Part shown: one piece after another, positions 62,790-64,000 of the stretch
How the letters are laid out: each line of letters starts with the position of its first letter
Position numbering within the stretch: position 1 is the stretch's first letter
Assembly (NCBI GenBank): GCA_976551045.1
Contig: CDPCPM010000033.1
Location: forward strand, 19,096,001-19,160,000
Reading direction: 5' to 3'
DNA: 64,000 nucleotides
DNA from: Glaucostegus cemiculus
Taxonomy: Eukaryota
Notes under the pieces: model-generated
Seen by the model: the letters and a program-made list of their open reading frames with translations, nothing else
Databases searched by the model: none
Told to the model about the DNA's origin: nothing
Position numbers and translations under genes: made by a program

Positions 62790-63672
62790 TATGAAGGTCA
62801 GAAGTTGATATTTTCCCTAACGATTGCACAATGCTCGTTTCCATTTGCAACATCTCAGATGGGGAGCAATCCATGCCTGCATGCAGCAAGACGGAAACAA
62901 TATTAAGGCATTGACAGATAAATGGCAGGTATCACTTGTGTCACAAAAATGCCAGACCATGATCATTTCAAAGAGACTCTAACCACTTCCCTTAACAATT
63001 TATGGCATTATCATCTTTGAGTCTCACACATTCAGAATTCAAGGGGTCACCATTGATCACAAAATCATTTGGCGAGTGAAATCATCAGAGTGGGTGTAAA
63101 AGCAATCCAGAAGCTAGGTATCCTGTGGTGGCTGACTCACCTCCTGAAACACCAAGACCTTTCCACCATCTGCAAACAACAAACCCAGAGTGTGATAGAA
63201 TACTCTCCTTTTGCCTGGATGAGTGCAGCTCCAAAAACTCGCAAGATACTCGACACTATCCATTACAAAGCAACCTGCTTGATTGCTACCTCTTACTGCA
63301 CCCTAGACATTCACAGCCACCATCCCTGGTGCACAGTTGCTGCAATGCGTTCCCTCTCCAAGAATCACTGCAGTTACTTACTTGGCCTACCTGTACAGCA
63401 TCTCCCAAATTAGCAATCATTACAACCAAGAAGAAAAACAGCCGCAAATGCATGAGAGCGCCTCCACCTGCGGGTTCTTGTATTCATCATGCTTTGGAAA
63501 TACATTGCCACTCCATTGTTACTAGGCTTGAACTCTGGGACTCCCCAGCCAACAGACCTTTATCAGAAAGACCACGGTGATTGAAGAAAACAGCTCACCA
63601 TCATTGTATCAAAGGGCAATTAGGATGAACCACAAATGCTGACAATGCCCAGATCCTGAAAAATGAATAAAT
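62790..63672 (+). mobile_element. LINE-B 3' part with tail
   Basis: ORF 63069-63413 reads QKLGIL..LTHLL...DLSTI.K.Q..SVIEYSPFAWMSAAP.T...LDTI..KA.CLI. Tail AAGGGCAATTAGGATG...GCCCAGATCCTGAAAAATGAATAA. Confidence 0.85.
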
Positions 63673-63764
63673 ATAAAAAATGGATTCTTTAGTGTCCAAG
63701 AAACTATTACACCTAATTTTGAATGTAATCAGTGCTAGAGCAGCGACAACCTTTTGGACTGGTA

Positions 63765-64000
63765 GCTTCTGAAGATATCCTTTCTACTGAGTGAAGAAAT
63801 GTCTCCTTTTTGCAGTTCTCAGCTCAGTATCCTCAATCCTTGATCCTAGGTCCTAAGGGAAGTAGCAAACCATCCACCGTTTAAGTCTTCTAAGACTTTC
63901 AAATAGTTAATCTCTCATTCTCCTAACCTCCAGAGAAAATGATCACACTCCATTTAGCCATTCACTCCACTCTCTCATTCCAAGAAACAATCTAGCGAAT
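63765..64000 (-). mobile_element. Old CR1 3' ORF2 fragment running off the window
   Basis: CTGAGTGAAGAAAT (FFTQ in reverse) and CCTAACCTCCAGAGAAAA (FSLE.R in reverse). Confidence 0.55.

Overview
This is eukaryotic, AT-rich, CpG-depleted vertebrate DNA. The repeat complement (HER1-type CR1 LINEs, V-SINE/HE1-like and Deu-domain SINEs, Rex1/Babar, L2, Penelope-like elements) points to a cartilaginous fish, possibly a ray; that taxonomy is an inference. I found no host protein-coding exon, tRNA, rRNA or CRISPR array. The ORFs with recognisable protein similarity are all decayed transposable-element fragments, so the window looks intergenic or deep intronic. I did not find a convincing new gene system. 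The most interesting directly visible structures are: (1) a complex templated insertion inside a CR1 (60748-61043: fold-back, then a ~273-bp copy of 58486-58758, then a re-primed 12-mer); (2) a ~200-bp hairpin with a tandemly duplicated loop (38561-38763); (3) short Penelope-derived palindromic insertions with 9-12-bp TSDs and minimal hammerhead-ribozyme relics; (4) two copies of one LINE family damaged at the same internal site; (5) V-SINEs with two different LINE tails; (6) multi-level nested TE stacks, Harbinger fossils, a solo LTR and repeat-poor candidate enhancer blocks. Family names come from motif recognition by eye and need Dfam/Repbase confirmation. Boundaries are approximate (about 10-30 bp) unless a TSD is quoted.
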